A stretch of 61,894 nucleotides of DNA from Planctomycetota bacterium. GTDB taxonomy: Bacteria; Planctomycetota; UBA8108; SXIK01. The stretch covers positions 1-61,894 of the forward strand of contig JACQVW010000404.1 of the NCBI GenBank assembly GCA_016209535.1. The letters run 5' to 3'. Under the pieces are notes generated by a model, which saw only the letters and a list, made by a program, of their open reading frames with translations, did not search any database and was not told the origin of the DNA. This document shows positions 43,389 through 51,846 of this stretch, in pieces (the stretch's first letter is position 1; every line of letters begins with the position of its first letter). A program made the translations under genes and the position numbers.

Positions 43389-44437
43389 GCGTCGAGCTCG
43401 GCGGGACGTCGGGAGAGGAACCGCTGGACCTCCGCCGCCGGGTCGGCCCCCGGCGGCAGGCTTCTCAAGTAGCGTACTAGATCGGCGATGCGCCCGCACA
43501 GCTTTTCCGATAACCTCTCGAGGAGCGGCTCGAGCTCGTGGTAGCGAGCCGCCGACAGGACGAGGGCGTTCGAGGCGGGGCTCCCCCGAGCAGGCGCCGA
43601 GGGCTCGAGGATCTCGAGGGCCCGGGCGGCCGTGGCGAAGACCTCGGCCTTGCGGGCGAGCTTCTCCGGCGCGTCGAGGGGGCCCCGGTAGAGCGCGTCG
43701 AGGTCGTCCCGGAGGCGGAGGATGACCTCCTCCCGCTCCGCCGCGGCGGAGCGCTCCGCGAGGTACCCGGGCAGGAGGCCCTGGAGCTCCGGCCGGGACC
43801 GCAGGAAGCGGCACGTCCCCTCGCGCGCCACGAAGGTCGCGAGGCTCTCGTTGAAGGTCGCGGCTCCCGGGAAGTACACGGTCCTGTGGGTCGCCTCGTG
43901 GATGATGACGTCCGCCAGGTCCGCGACGCTGCCCTCGAGCATCGTGGAGAGCACGGGGTCATCGAACCACCCCAGCGTGCTGAAGGCGCCTACGGGGGCG
44001 ACGAGGACGTCCAGGCCGAGGGCCCGGAGCCCTTCCGCCTCGGCGCGGGCGTCCGCGGCGTCGAAGTGGGCCTTGTAGGGCACCCGCCCCGCGAAGGGGA
44101 ACCGCCACTCGTAGGGGATGAGGGCGAGAGGGTGGGAGGCCGTCACGGCGTGGCTCACGGGGCCCTCGCCGATGTCGAGGTACGTCCTGTAGGAGCCGCC
44201 GGGGTCGAGGCCGAGGTCGCCGCGGCAAAGCTCGAGGATCCGGGGTACCCACCGGAGCTTCTCGGCGGCACCGGAGCCGACCTCCGCGGCCAGCTCGGAG
44301 CCCTCGATGGGCACGGCGCGCCCGCGCAGCGCGAGGTGCCTCGCCCCCTGCTTGAGGACGTAGCCCGCCTGGCAGCCGCAGAAGAGCGCCGCGAGGAGCG
44401 CCCCCGCGGCCCGGCCCGGCACCCGTTCACCCGACAT
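43385..44437 (-). CDS. putative zinc aminopeptidase lipoprotein (DUF2265-like, HExxH)
   Basis: 350 aa from internal ATG 44437. Lipobox LFCGC. VIIHEATHRTVYF motif. Confidence 0.65.
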   Translation of the reverse strand: MSGERVPGRAAGALLAALFCGCQAGYVLKQGARHLALRGRAVPIEGSELAAEVGSGAAEKLRWVPRILELCRGDLGLDPGGSYRTYLDIGEGPVSHAVTASHPLALIPYEWRFPFAGRVPYKAHFDAADARAEAEGLRALGLDVLVAPVGAFSTLGWFDDPVLSTMLEGSVADLADVIIHEATHRTVYFPGAATFNESLATFVAREGTCRFLRSRPELQGLLPGYLAERSAAAEREEVILRLRDDLDALYRGPLDAPEKLARKAEVFATAARALEILEPSAPARGSPASNALVLSAARYHELEPLLERLSEKLCGRIADLVRYLRSLPPGADPAAEVQRFLSRRPAELDA

Positions 44438-45728
44438 CGCGCCTGAGGAGGTCCTCCACGGTCTCGCGCCGCACGACGAGCCGCGCGTCGCCCCTCCGCA
44501 CGAAGACGACGGGCGGGCGGCAGAAGTAGTTGTAGTTGCTCGCCATGGTGTGGTTGTAGGCGCCCGTCGAGAGGACCGCGACGATGTCGCCGGGCCGCGG
44601 CAGGGGCAGCCGCACGTCGAAGAGCGTGTCCGTCTCGCAGTGCCTCCCGGCGACGCGGACGACGTGCGTCGGCCCCTCGGCGGCTCGGTTCGCCAGGAGG
44701 ACCGGGTAGCGGGCGCCGTACAGGAGCGGGCGCGGGTCATCCGAGAGCCCGCCGTCGACGACGACGTAGGTGCGCGTCTCGTTCTCGCCCGATGGGACCT
44801 CCTTCACGGGCCCCACGCGGTAGAGCGTGAGCCCCGCCTCGCCCACGAGGGAGCGGCCCGGCTCGAGCTCGATCCGCGGCGGCTTCAAGCCGCAGGCCTG
44901 GGATGCCCTCCGCACGGTCGCGACGACGGTCCGCACCAGCTCCGAGACCGCGGGCGGCGCGTCGTCGTCGCCGTAGCAGATGCCGAGGCCTCCCCCGAGG
45001 ACCAGGAGGCCCGCCGTCCAGCCCGTCCGCACCGAGGCGGTCTTGGCGAGACCGACCATCTTCTCGGCGAGGAGCGCGAAGGGCCCCAGGACGAGGATCT
45101 GGGAGCCGATGTGGGCGTGGAGGCCGACGAGCTCGAGGCCCGGGAGCCCGAGGCACTCCTCGACGGCCCGGAGGGCCGCGCCGTTCTCGGCCGTGATCCC
45201 GAACTTCGTGTCGTTGCGTCCCGTCGAGATCGCGTCCAGCGTGTGGCCGTCGATCCCCGGCGCGACGCGGATCACGACGCGCTGGCGCCTCCCCGTCGCG
45301 GAGGCGAGGCGCGAGAGGGCGCGCATCTCGTCGGTGGAGTCGATGGCCACGAGGCCAACGCCCGCATCGAGCGCGGCCAGGAGCTCCTCGTCCTTCTTGT
45401 AGTTCCCGTGGAAGGTGATGGTCTCGGGCTCGACCTTCGCCTCGAGGGCCGCCTGGAGCTCGCCGAGGGAAGCGACGTCGATGCGGAGCCCCTCCTCGGC
45501 GGCGAGCTGGGCCGCGGCGCGGCAGAGGAAGGCCTTCGTCGCGAAGGCGACGGACGCGCCGGGCGCCTCACGGCGGAGCTCCGAGACGTACTCGCGGCAC
45601 CGCGCTCGGAACGAGTCCTCGTCGACGACGTAGATGGGCGTGCCGAAGCGCTCGGCGAGGTCCACGGCGTCGACGCCGCCGACCTCGAGGTGTCCTCGTG
45701 CGTTGACTCTCTGCGTGCCGAAGAGCAT
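44427..45728 (-). CDS. lysA: diaminopimelate decarboxylase
   Basis: 433 aa. PLP-lysine region FATKAF, GGGLG, and the EPGRSLVG and CETD motifs of the Orn/DAP/Arg decarboxylase family. Confidence 0.92.
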   Translation of the reverse strand: MLFGTQRVNARGHLEVGGVDAVDLAERFGTPIYVVDEDSFRARCREYVSELRREAPGASVAFATKAFLCRAAAQLAAEEGLRIDVASLGELQAALEAKVEPETITFHGNYKKDEELLAALDAGVGLVAIDSTDEMRALSRLASATGRRQRVVIRVAPGIDGHTLDAISTGRNDTKFGITAENGAALRAVEECLGLPGLELVGLHAHIGSQILVLGPFALLAEKMVGLAKTASVRTGWTAGLLVLGGGLGICYGDDDAPPAVSELVRTVVATVRRASQACGLKPPRIELEPGRSLVGEAGLTLYRVGPVKEVPSGENETRTYVVVDGGLSDDPRPLLYGARYPVLLANRAAEGPTHVVRVAGRHCETDTLFDVRLPLPRPGDIVAVLSTGAYNHTMASNYNYFCRPPVVFVRRGDARLVVRRETVEDLLRRDVG

Positions 45729-45920
45729 GGAGCGGACTTGCGGTCCTCTCGCTGGTGAGATGGATCTCGTGGGGAAGTTGACAGCGCCATTGTAGCCCCC
45801 GGGGCGCGACGCGGGCTACATCGTCGAGCACCACCTCACCCCGGCCCAGCGAGACGCCTTCTGGAAGGTCGTGCTCCCTTCAACGGCGAGCTCGCGAGGG
45901 AGGGTCAGGCGCCGATTTAC

Positions 45921-46205
45921 GTGGGGATCGGAATCCATACGGGCCCCGCCCTCGTCGGGTGCGTGGGCGCCGAGCTCGCGGCGGGGGGCGGGAAGACCCG
46001 AGTGCGGCGAGAGCTCACGGCCATCGGCGAGACGATCAACCTCGCGCAGCGCCTCGAGCAGCTCACGAAGGCCAAGGGAGGGCCCATCCTCCTGAGCGAG
46101 GCGACGCAGGGGCGGCTCCGCGACCTCTCGAGGCTCGAGTCCCTCGGCCCCCAGGGCCTCGAGGGCTTCGAGGGGCAGGTCCTCGTCTACAGGGCCAGAG
46201 CCTGA
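45921..46205 (+). pseudogene. C-terminal remnant of a class III adenylate/guanylate cyclase catalytic domain
   Basis: GIGIHTGPALVGCVG...TAIGETINLAQRLE matches the distal half of the cyclase homology domain. Only about 190 bp separate it from lysA, so the N-terminal half is absent. The upstream sequence reads in another frame. Confidence 0.5.
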
Positions 46206-46313
46206 AGGGCCGGTGGGCCGGTAAGGGGCCAGGGTGGGCCGCGCGCCGTCGAAGGAACGATCATCGATTACAATCCCTCGCGAGTATCTTCACCAAGGTA
46301 CGGGACGCCTGGG

Positions 46314-46329
46314 AGGCACTGCATTTGCA
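46314..46329 (+). promoter_or_regulatory. sigma-54 (-24/-12) type promoter aGGCAC-N5-TTGCA
   Basis: GG 46315-46316 and GC 46327-46328 with the canonical 12-nt offset, 46 nt upstream of ATG 46375. Confidence 0.5.
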
Positions 46330-46374
46330 GCGGAGCCTCGGCTCGTCCCCCACGAAAAAGGAAAACGGTGCACC

Positions 46375-47973
46375 ATGGAGCGACCAGTCCCCATGCCGGC
46401 GGCTGGCTCAAGAACGATTCGCAGCGCCTCGACCCTCCTCGTCCTGGGGCTCGCCTTGGGCGCGACGGTTCTCTGCTCGAGCCCCGGAGGGGAGGACGTG
46501 CCTGGCAAGGGGCCCGAGAAGCCCAAGCAGTACAAGCAATCTGGCGACTGGCGCGACGGCGGCTCGGGCTACCTCCGCCAGAGCCCTCCCGCGGTCGCCG
46601 TCGGCCGCTCCCCCCTCGACTACGGCCTCGGGGAGCACCACGCCTCGAAGCTTCCGGCCTATCCGCCCGGGATCGAAGGCGACCGCACGCCCTTCGACCT
46701 CTGGCGCTACGCGGGCCGCGGGAGGAGCTCCTGGGGCGCGCCCGTGCTGCCCGTGCCCCTGGAGGAATGGATCGCGAGGCACCGCGAGCAGAAGCCCAAG
46801 CTCATGGCCGACGTGCGGGCAACCATGGCGAGCCGCTATGACTTCTCGGGGAGGACCATCGCCCGAGCGACCATGTCGGGCGGCAAGCCCATCATGAAGG
46901 GCCCCGTCGCCAGGCTGCCGAAGGGCGTGGAGTCGTTCGAGGCCCTCGCAGCCCTGTCGCCAGACGAGGTCCTGCGGCGCGACCTCTTCCCGTACAAGCC
47001 CCTCGCCCACCCGCTGCAGACGACCGCCCACATGGTCTTCCCCGACATGTGGGTCAAGGCGCACCCCGAGCACGAGCGGATCGACGTGGACCTCGACATC
47101 CCCGACGCCTACCTGCCCGAGTTTCCGCCCCCGATGTTCCTCACGACCCACAAGGAGCTCGGCGACGTGACGGGGGGCGTCGAGGTGACGCTCGGGAACT
47201 ACTACGACATGTTCAACGGGCTCCTGACCGCGGAGCAGATGGAGGGCCTGAAGGAGCTCCTGCGGCCTTCGCCCACGACCTGGTTCAACCACACCGAGCA
47301 CCGCGTCACGGCCGAGCCGAGCGCCGGGGTAGCTTGCCTCTCGTGCCACGTGAACGGCCATACGAACGGCGCGATCGAGCTGGCGCCCGACTCGCGGCCC
47401 AACCAGGCGCGCCTCCGCGTGGACACGCCGAGCATGCGCGGGAACTACAACTCGATGCAGCTCTCGAGCAAGCGTTCGATCCGCAGCATGGACCACTTCG
47501 CGGAGGTGGAGGAGTACTTCGATGGGGACCCGGGCCTCATGCAGGCCATCGGCCCGCGCTCGCAGCAGAAGCAGGTCACGAACCGGATGGGGGACTTCAA
47601 CGCGATCCTCGACTTCCCGCCGGCTCCGAAGCTCGGCCCCTTGATGAGGCTCAAGCCATCGATATCGACGCCGGCCGAGCTGCGCGGCGAGCAGGTCTTC
47701 CACGGGAAGGGCCAGTGCGTGAAGTGTCACTCGGGCCCGGCCTTCACCGACGACTACATGCACGACCTCCAGGTGGAGCGGTTCTACGCGGGCCGCCCCG
47801 AGGGTCCGATCAAGACCTTCGCGCTTCGCGGGATCAAAGACTCCCCGCCCTACCTCCACGACGGCCGCTGCCCGACGCTCCACGACTCGGTGGAGCTCTT
47901 CAACCTCGTGCTGGAGCTCGGGCTGACCCGGGAGGAGAAGGAGGACCTCGTCGCGTTCCTGCTCTGCCTCTGA
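46375..47973 (+). CDS. di-haem cytochrome c peroxidase-like (CCP/MauG superfamily) secreted protein
   Basis: 532 aa from ATG 46375. Signal or lipoprotein-like N-terminus. Two CxxCH motifs (CLSCH, CVKCH). C-terminal PPYLHDG motif. Confidence 0.75.
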   Translation: MERPVPMPAAGSRTIRSASTLLVLGLALGATVLCSSPGGEDVPGKGPEKPKQYKQSGDWRDGGSGYLRQSPPAVAVGRSPLDYGLGEHHASKLPAYPPGIEGDRTPFDLWRYAGRGRSSWGAPVLPVPLEEWIARHREQKPKLMADVRATMASRYDFSGRTIARATMSGGKPIMKGPVARLPKGVESFEALAALSPDEVLRRDLFPYKPLAHPLQTTAHMVFPDMWVKAHPEHERIDVDLDIPDAYLPEFPPPMFLTTHKELGDVTGGVEVTLGNYYDMFNGLLTAEQMEGLKELLRPSPTTWFNHTEHRVTAEPSAGVACLSCHVNGHTNGAIELAPDSRPNQARLRVDTPSMRGNYNSMQLSSKRSIRSMDHFAEVEEYFDGDPGLMQAIGPRSQQKQVTNRMGDFNAILDFPPAPKLGPLMRLKPSISTPAELRGEQVFHGKGQCVKCHSGPAFTDDYMHDLQVERFYAGRPEGPIKTFALRGIKDSPPYLHDGRCPTLHDSVELFNLVLELGLTREEKEDLVAFLLCL

Positions 47974-48673
47974 CGAGCCTGTCTCTGACGAGCCTCTTTG
48001 CGATCTCCGGCCAGCAGCGCTCCCTCGAGAGGAAGGCCGCGCCGAGCCCCGCGGCCGCGAGGGCGGAAGGCTCGAGGCACCGGATGCCGAGGGACTCGAA
48101 CGTGGCCGCGAGGTCCGGGTCGCCGGGGCCATCGGCGATGAGGAACGACTCGAGGCCGTTCTCCCCGTAGGCGAGGACGTCGCCCGGCTTGTCGCCGATC
48201 CCGCGCTCGATCCGGAGCCCGCGGTCCCGGAGGGCCCGGATCGCCGCGGACTTGAGCTCGGCCCGGGCGCGCTCCGTGAAGAGGAGCCGCCGCGAGAAGA
48301 CGACGGGCATCGGCGGGAAGCCGTTCGCCGCGAGCCAGCCCACCGTGCGCCCCGCGAAGGAGTCGTCCCGCGCCGTGAGGAGCACCAGGTCCCAGCGCTC
48401 CGCGAGCGCGCGGAGCGCCTCCGGAGCGCCCGCGAAGGGCGCCATGCGGGCCGGCGCGAGGCCGCAGGCGAGGCGCAGGCTGCTCCACGCGCCGCCGTCG
48501 ACGAGGGTGTCGTCGATGTCGACGACCAGGGCGGGCCGGCAGCGCGAGGGGTCGGCGTAGAGGCCGAGCAGGTCCTCCCGCTCGGCATGCCAGGCGGGCG
48601 GTCCCGAGGCGCACCCGCAGGCGGCGAGGGCGAGGAGTGCCATGACGGCTCGGAGAAAGCGTGCCGGTCTCAC
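47900..48673 (-). CDS. HAD-superfamily phosphatase-like lipoprotein
   Basis: Lipobox LAACGC. DxDxT motif VVDIDDTLV, LLTARDD, GDKPGD. GTGA overlap with the upstream gene. The 3' tail overlaps the convergent gene by 74 nt. Confidence 0.6.
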   Translation of the reverse strand: MRPARFLRAVMALLALAACGCASGPPAWHAEREDLLGLYADPSRCRPALVVDIDDTLVDGGAWSSLRLACGLAPARMAPFAGAPEALRALAERWDLVLLTARDDSFAGRTVGWLAANGFPPMPVVFSRRLLFTERARAELKSAAIRALRDRGLRIERGIGDKPGDVLAYGENGLESFLIADGPGDPDLAATFESLGIRCLEPSALAAAGLGAAFLSRERCWPEIAKRLVRDRLVRGRAGTRRGPPSPPGSARAPARG

Positions 48674-49665
48674 CGTGCCTCCGCGTCCTCGATGGCGTCA
48701 GGAGCCTCGAGCACACCGGCGCGCTCGAGGGCCTCGAGGGCCCGCCGCGCCCGCCGGTCGCCCGGGACATGGTCCAGGGCGGCCCGGAGGTGCTCGGCGG
48801 CGGACTCGCGGTCTCCGGCGAGGGCTCGGGCGACCCCCAGGTTGTAGTGGGCCCCGGCCGCCTCGCGCGCCCGTGGCTCGGCGAGGGCGCCCGCGTCCAT
48901 GTCCTTGAGGAGCGCCGAGCGAAGGTCCGGCGCCGCGGCGCGGAGGTCGGGGTCGTAGCGGCCCGTGAGGAGGACGGACCGGATGCACTGCTCGAGCTCG
49001 CGCACGTTCCCCGGCCAGGGGTAGCGGGCCGGGAGGCATCCCTCCATCGCCTCGCGCACCCGGCCCGCGACCTCGGCGGACTCGGTCCCGGTCACGCGCC
49101 GCAGCACGTGGGCGACGAGCTCATCGAGCTCGCCCGGGTCCTCGGCGAGGCGCTGGCGGAGGGGCGGGACCGTGATCGTGTCGGAGCAGAGCCTGTAGAA
49201 GAAGTCGTCGCGGAAGGTGCCTCTCCGCCGCAGCTCCTCCAGGGTCGCGTTCGTGGCGGCCACCACGCGGCCCTGGAAGCGCCTCGTCTCGTGGCTCCCG
49301 ACGGGCGAGAAGACGCGGTCCTGGAGGACCTGGAGCAGCTTGATCTGCACGGGCGCGGAGACCTCTCCGATCTCGTCGAGGAAGATCGCGCCGTGGGGGC
49401 TCGACAGGGTGAGGACGCCCTCGTGGTCCTCGACGGCGCCGGTGAAGGCCCCCTTCCTGTGGCCGAAGAGCTCGCTCTCGATGAGTCCCTCGGGGAACTG
49501 GGAGAGGTTGATCGCGACGAAGGCGCCGGCGAAGCTCTCGGCGAAGCGGCCCTTGCGCTCGTCGAAGGGGATGAACCCCGACCTCCCGATGGCGGCGGCC
49601 GCCGTCCCCTTGCCCGTCCCCGTCTCGCCCAGGAGGAGCGTCGAGAACTCCTCCATGCGGTCCAT
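48670..49665 (-). CDS. sigma-54 interaction (AAA+) domain protein with a C-terminal TPR-like tail; no receiver/sensor domain and no HTH
   Basis: Walker A GETGTGKG, GAFTGA loop, Walker B IFLDEIGE, R-finger region, WPGNVRELE. An in-frame TGA lies 11 codons upstream of the ATG, so the N-terminus is short. Confidence 0.8.
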   Translation of the reverse strand: MDRMEEFSTLLLGETGTGKGTAAAAIGRSGFIPFDERKGRFAESFAGAFVAINLSQFPEGLIESELFGHRKGAFTGAVEDHEGVLTLSSPHGAIFLDEIGEVSAPVQIKLLQVLQDRVFSPVGSHETRRFQGRVVAATNATLEELRRRGTFRDDFFYRLCSDTITVPPLRQRLAEDPGELDELVAHVLRRVTGTESAEVAGRVREAMEGCLPARYPWPGNVRELEQCIRSVLLTGRYDPDLRAAAPDLRSALLKDMDAGALAEPRAREAAGAHYNLGVARALAGDRESAAEHLRAALDHVPGDRRARRALEALERAGVLEAPDAIEDAEAR

Positions 49666-49787
49666 GAGGAAGCGGACGTACCAGCGGATAAGGTTGCGTC
49701 AGCGCCCTATGACCACCCGACTCTTGAAAACCTGAAGCGCTTTCCTATACACCAAAGGAGTCTCAGAGGGATCATGCACCAAGTGGG

Positions 49788-50402
49788 TTAGGACTCACTT
49801 GCCTTTCCTCGCAACAAACGCCACCAAGATAGTAAGGAAGACAATATCGCACACATCCACTCAAGAAAGGCATTTGTCTCTCCAATCAAATCTATCACAA
49901 GCTCGAATACCGGAACATGATAATCCGCTTTTGTGGTTAATGCTCCTGGTAAACGCTCCTTAAGGCTTGGAACTATCACACACGCAACGGATATCACCAT
50001 AAGCCCAACATTGCCACACAGAATAGCCAAATTGAGGTGTCTATTACCAATTCCCATTACTCGATTATGCTCTAACCACTCCTGCGCCTTTTCTCGGTAA
50101 AAAGTCTCTGCCCAACGTCGCTTTCCTACTCCACGCATCCAGCGACGCCAATTCCAAGCAAGGAATGGAAGAAAAGCCCACGAAACAGCCCATAGTTCGT
50201 GAAAGTGCTCAAGCACCTCCGCCCCTCGTCCACGCAGCACACCCATAACAGCAACACAACATGCAAACAAAAGACATACGCAGTATGGAACCACCGCACC
50301 CGTTAGATAAGATCCAACCTTGCCCAGCTTATCCAAAGCAAAAAACAAAAGGAACGCTGGGACTCCTACAATGAAAAAGGCCAACAACTCAACTATATCC
50401 AT
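49788..50402 (-). CDS. orphan polytopic membrane protein encoded in a low-GC (about 44%) island
   Basis: 204 aa with 4-5 hydrophobic helices and AT-rich third codon positions. It is the only long ORF in this segment. No recognisable family. Confidence 0.6.
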   Translation of the reverse strand: MDIVELLAFFIVGVPAFLLFFALDKLGKVGSYLTGAVVPYCVCLLFACCVAVMGVLRGRGAEVLEHFHELWAVSWAFLPFLAWNWRRWMRGVGKRRWAETFYREKAQEWLEHNRVMGIGNRHLNLAILCGNVGLMVISVACVIVPSLKERLPGALTTKADYHVPVFELVIDLIGETNAFLEWMCAILSSLLSWWRLLRGKASES

Positions 50403-50409
50403 CTGCCAC

Positions 50410-50778
50410 CTAGGCCCGCACCCCGGGCTCGTCTTCCTGGCCTTGGCCCGCGAGATAGACCCTGTCCTCCGGCCCAGGAGGCCAGCACGGCCGCGTTCGC
50501 GCGAGGTCCTGCTTCAGCTCCTCCAGCGCCTGCAGCACAGCCGTGCACGAAGGATCGCCTTCCTGGGCAAAGGCGCACGGGTCCCGTCCGCGATCGAAGA
50601 GCCATTGCAGCAGGAAGATCGGGTCGGCGATGTTGATCCTTCCGTCGCAGTTCACGTCGCCGTTCCGGGTGGCCAGCGGACCGCCGCCGGCACGGACGCC
50701 GACCGGAACGCCGAGGAAGGCGACGGTGATGACGACGCCGGCAAAGGCGGAGATGAGGACGGTGATGAGCTTCCTCAT
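50410..50778 (-). CDS. small anchored or secreted protein with a single dockerin-like half-module
   Basis: 122 aa from ATG 50778 (AAAGGGGAAG upstream). N-terminal TM or signal sequence. GDVNCDGRINIADPIFLLQWLF. Confidence 0.55.
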   Translation of the reverse strand: MRKLITVLISAFAGVVITVAFLGVPVGVRAGGGPLATRNGDVNCDGRINIADPIFLLQWLFDRGRDPCAFAQEGDPSCTAVLQALEELKQDLARTRPCWPPGPEDRVYLAGQGQEDEPGVRA

Positions 50779-51050
50779 GATGCTTCCCCTTTCGTGAGGT
50801 GTGCCCTGGTTCGGCGGGATCCAGCGTCCCGACCTGGCCGCGATGGTAGGCGAGCGGCTGGGTGGCTGCAAGCAAGCGCGCGAGGGTCAGCGGGGCACGC
50901 AGGGTCCATTCCCGCCGCCGCTGCACTCCCCGCGTCACGGGCCGCGGACGGCAGCGAAGTAGTGAGCCTCCTGGGCGTTGACAGCAGGGTATCCGCGGAG
51001 GAAACTCGTACATTCTGGACATGGCGTACGTCTTGTAAGGAGGCCCTTCC

Positions 51051-51296
51051 ATGCCAACCGTGAGCACAACCAAGGTCCGCGAGGAGCTCTCGGAGACCTT
51101 GAACCGTGTCGCCTACGCCGGAGAGCGGATCATCCTTGGCCGGCGCGGCAAGGCCATCGCCGCTCTGGTCCCGGTAGAGGACCTCGAGATTCTCGAGGCC
51201 CTTGAGGATCGTCTGGATGTCGAAGCCGCCAAGAAAGCCCTCAAGGAGAAAGGCAGTATCCCCTGGACCAAGCTCAAGAAGAAGCTCGGACTCTAG
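51051..51296 (+). CDS. Phd/YefM-family type II antitoxin
   Basis: 81 aa. VSTTKVREELSETLNRVAYAGERIILGRRGKAIAALVPVEDLE is a typical Phd/YefM fold sequence. AAGGAGG lies upstream. Confidence 0.85.
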   Translation: MPTVSTTKVREELSETLNRVAYAGERIILGRRGKAIAALVPVEDLEILEALEDRLDVEAAKKALKEKGSIPWTKLKKKLGL

Positions 51297-51302
51297 CACG
51301 CC

Positions 51303-51566
51303 GTGGCCTACACGATCGACGTAAGGCCCAAGGCGGCCCGGCAGCTTGAGGCCCTGCCGCCGAGGATTCAACGTCAGGTCGCCGCCCGGATCGACAGCCT
51401 GGCCGTGGACCCGAGGCCCCCAGGATCGAAGAAGCTCAAGGGCGTAGAGGAGCTGTACCGCCTCCGGTCCGGCGACTACCGCATCATCTATCAGGTCCAG
51501 GACAAGAGGCTCCTCGTGCTCGTGCTGCGGATCGCCGACCGCAAGGACGTCTACTGGGATCTTTGA
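51303..51566 (+). CDS. RelE/ParE-family type II toxin
   Basis: 87 aa. YRLRSGDYRIIYQVQDKRLLVLVLRIADRKDVY is the characteristic C-terminal RelE/ParE motif. GTG start 7 nt after the antitoxin stop. Confidence 0.85.
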   Translation: MAYTIDVRPKAARQLEALPPRIQRQVAARIDSLAVDPRPPGSKKLKGVEELYRLRSGDYRIIYQVQDKRLLVLVLRIADRKDVYWDL

Positions 51567-51717
51567 GGGTGCTCTCTCGACACTCCGCACCTCAAGCGCG
51601 TCGGACCGAGACGTTTCGAGCATCAGGGCAACGCTCGGGTTGCAGGCCGCTGGCCTTGTGGGCCCCCGGCCCTTCCTGGGTTACGTTTCCAGGCAGGCTC
51701 TTCAAGGAACCAAGGAG

Positions 51718-51764
51718 TGGCGCGCCCGGAGGGACTCGAACCCCCGACCCTCTGCTTAGAAGCG
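51718..51764 (-). other. tRNA-Arg(UCU) 3'-half remnant (anticodon loop to CCA); probable att core of the adjacent integrated element
   Basis: The minus strand reads CTTCTAA-GCAGA-GGGTC-GGGGG-TTCGAGT-CCCTC-CGGGCGC-G-CCA. No matching acceptor 5' strand or D arm lies upstream, so it is not an intact tRNA. Confidence 0.5.
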
Positions 51765-51846
51765 AGATCCTCAGGCGCTCTGCCGCGCGAAGTTGCAGAA
51801 ATCCCTTGTATTTAAGGAGAAACTAGGAGACACTAAAAGACAGCCA

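Noticed and set aside
47900-47973. The 74-nt convergent overlap between the peroxidase-like and HAD-like genes as a regulatory antisense feature
   Set aside because: The overlapping HAD tail is low-complexity (Arg/Gly/Pro). It is probably just a late stop in GC-rich sequence, or a local frameshift. There is no structure to support a function.
51718-51796. An intact tRNA-Arg gene on the minus strand
   Set aside because: The T arm, acceptor 3' strand and anticodon loop are good. However, no GCGCCCG acceptor 5' strand and no D stem can be formed, and the anticodon stem has two mismatches. It is treated as a 3'-half remnant; a tRNA-finder run would settle it.
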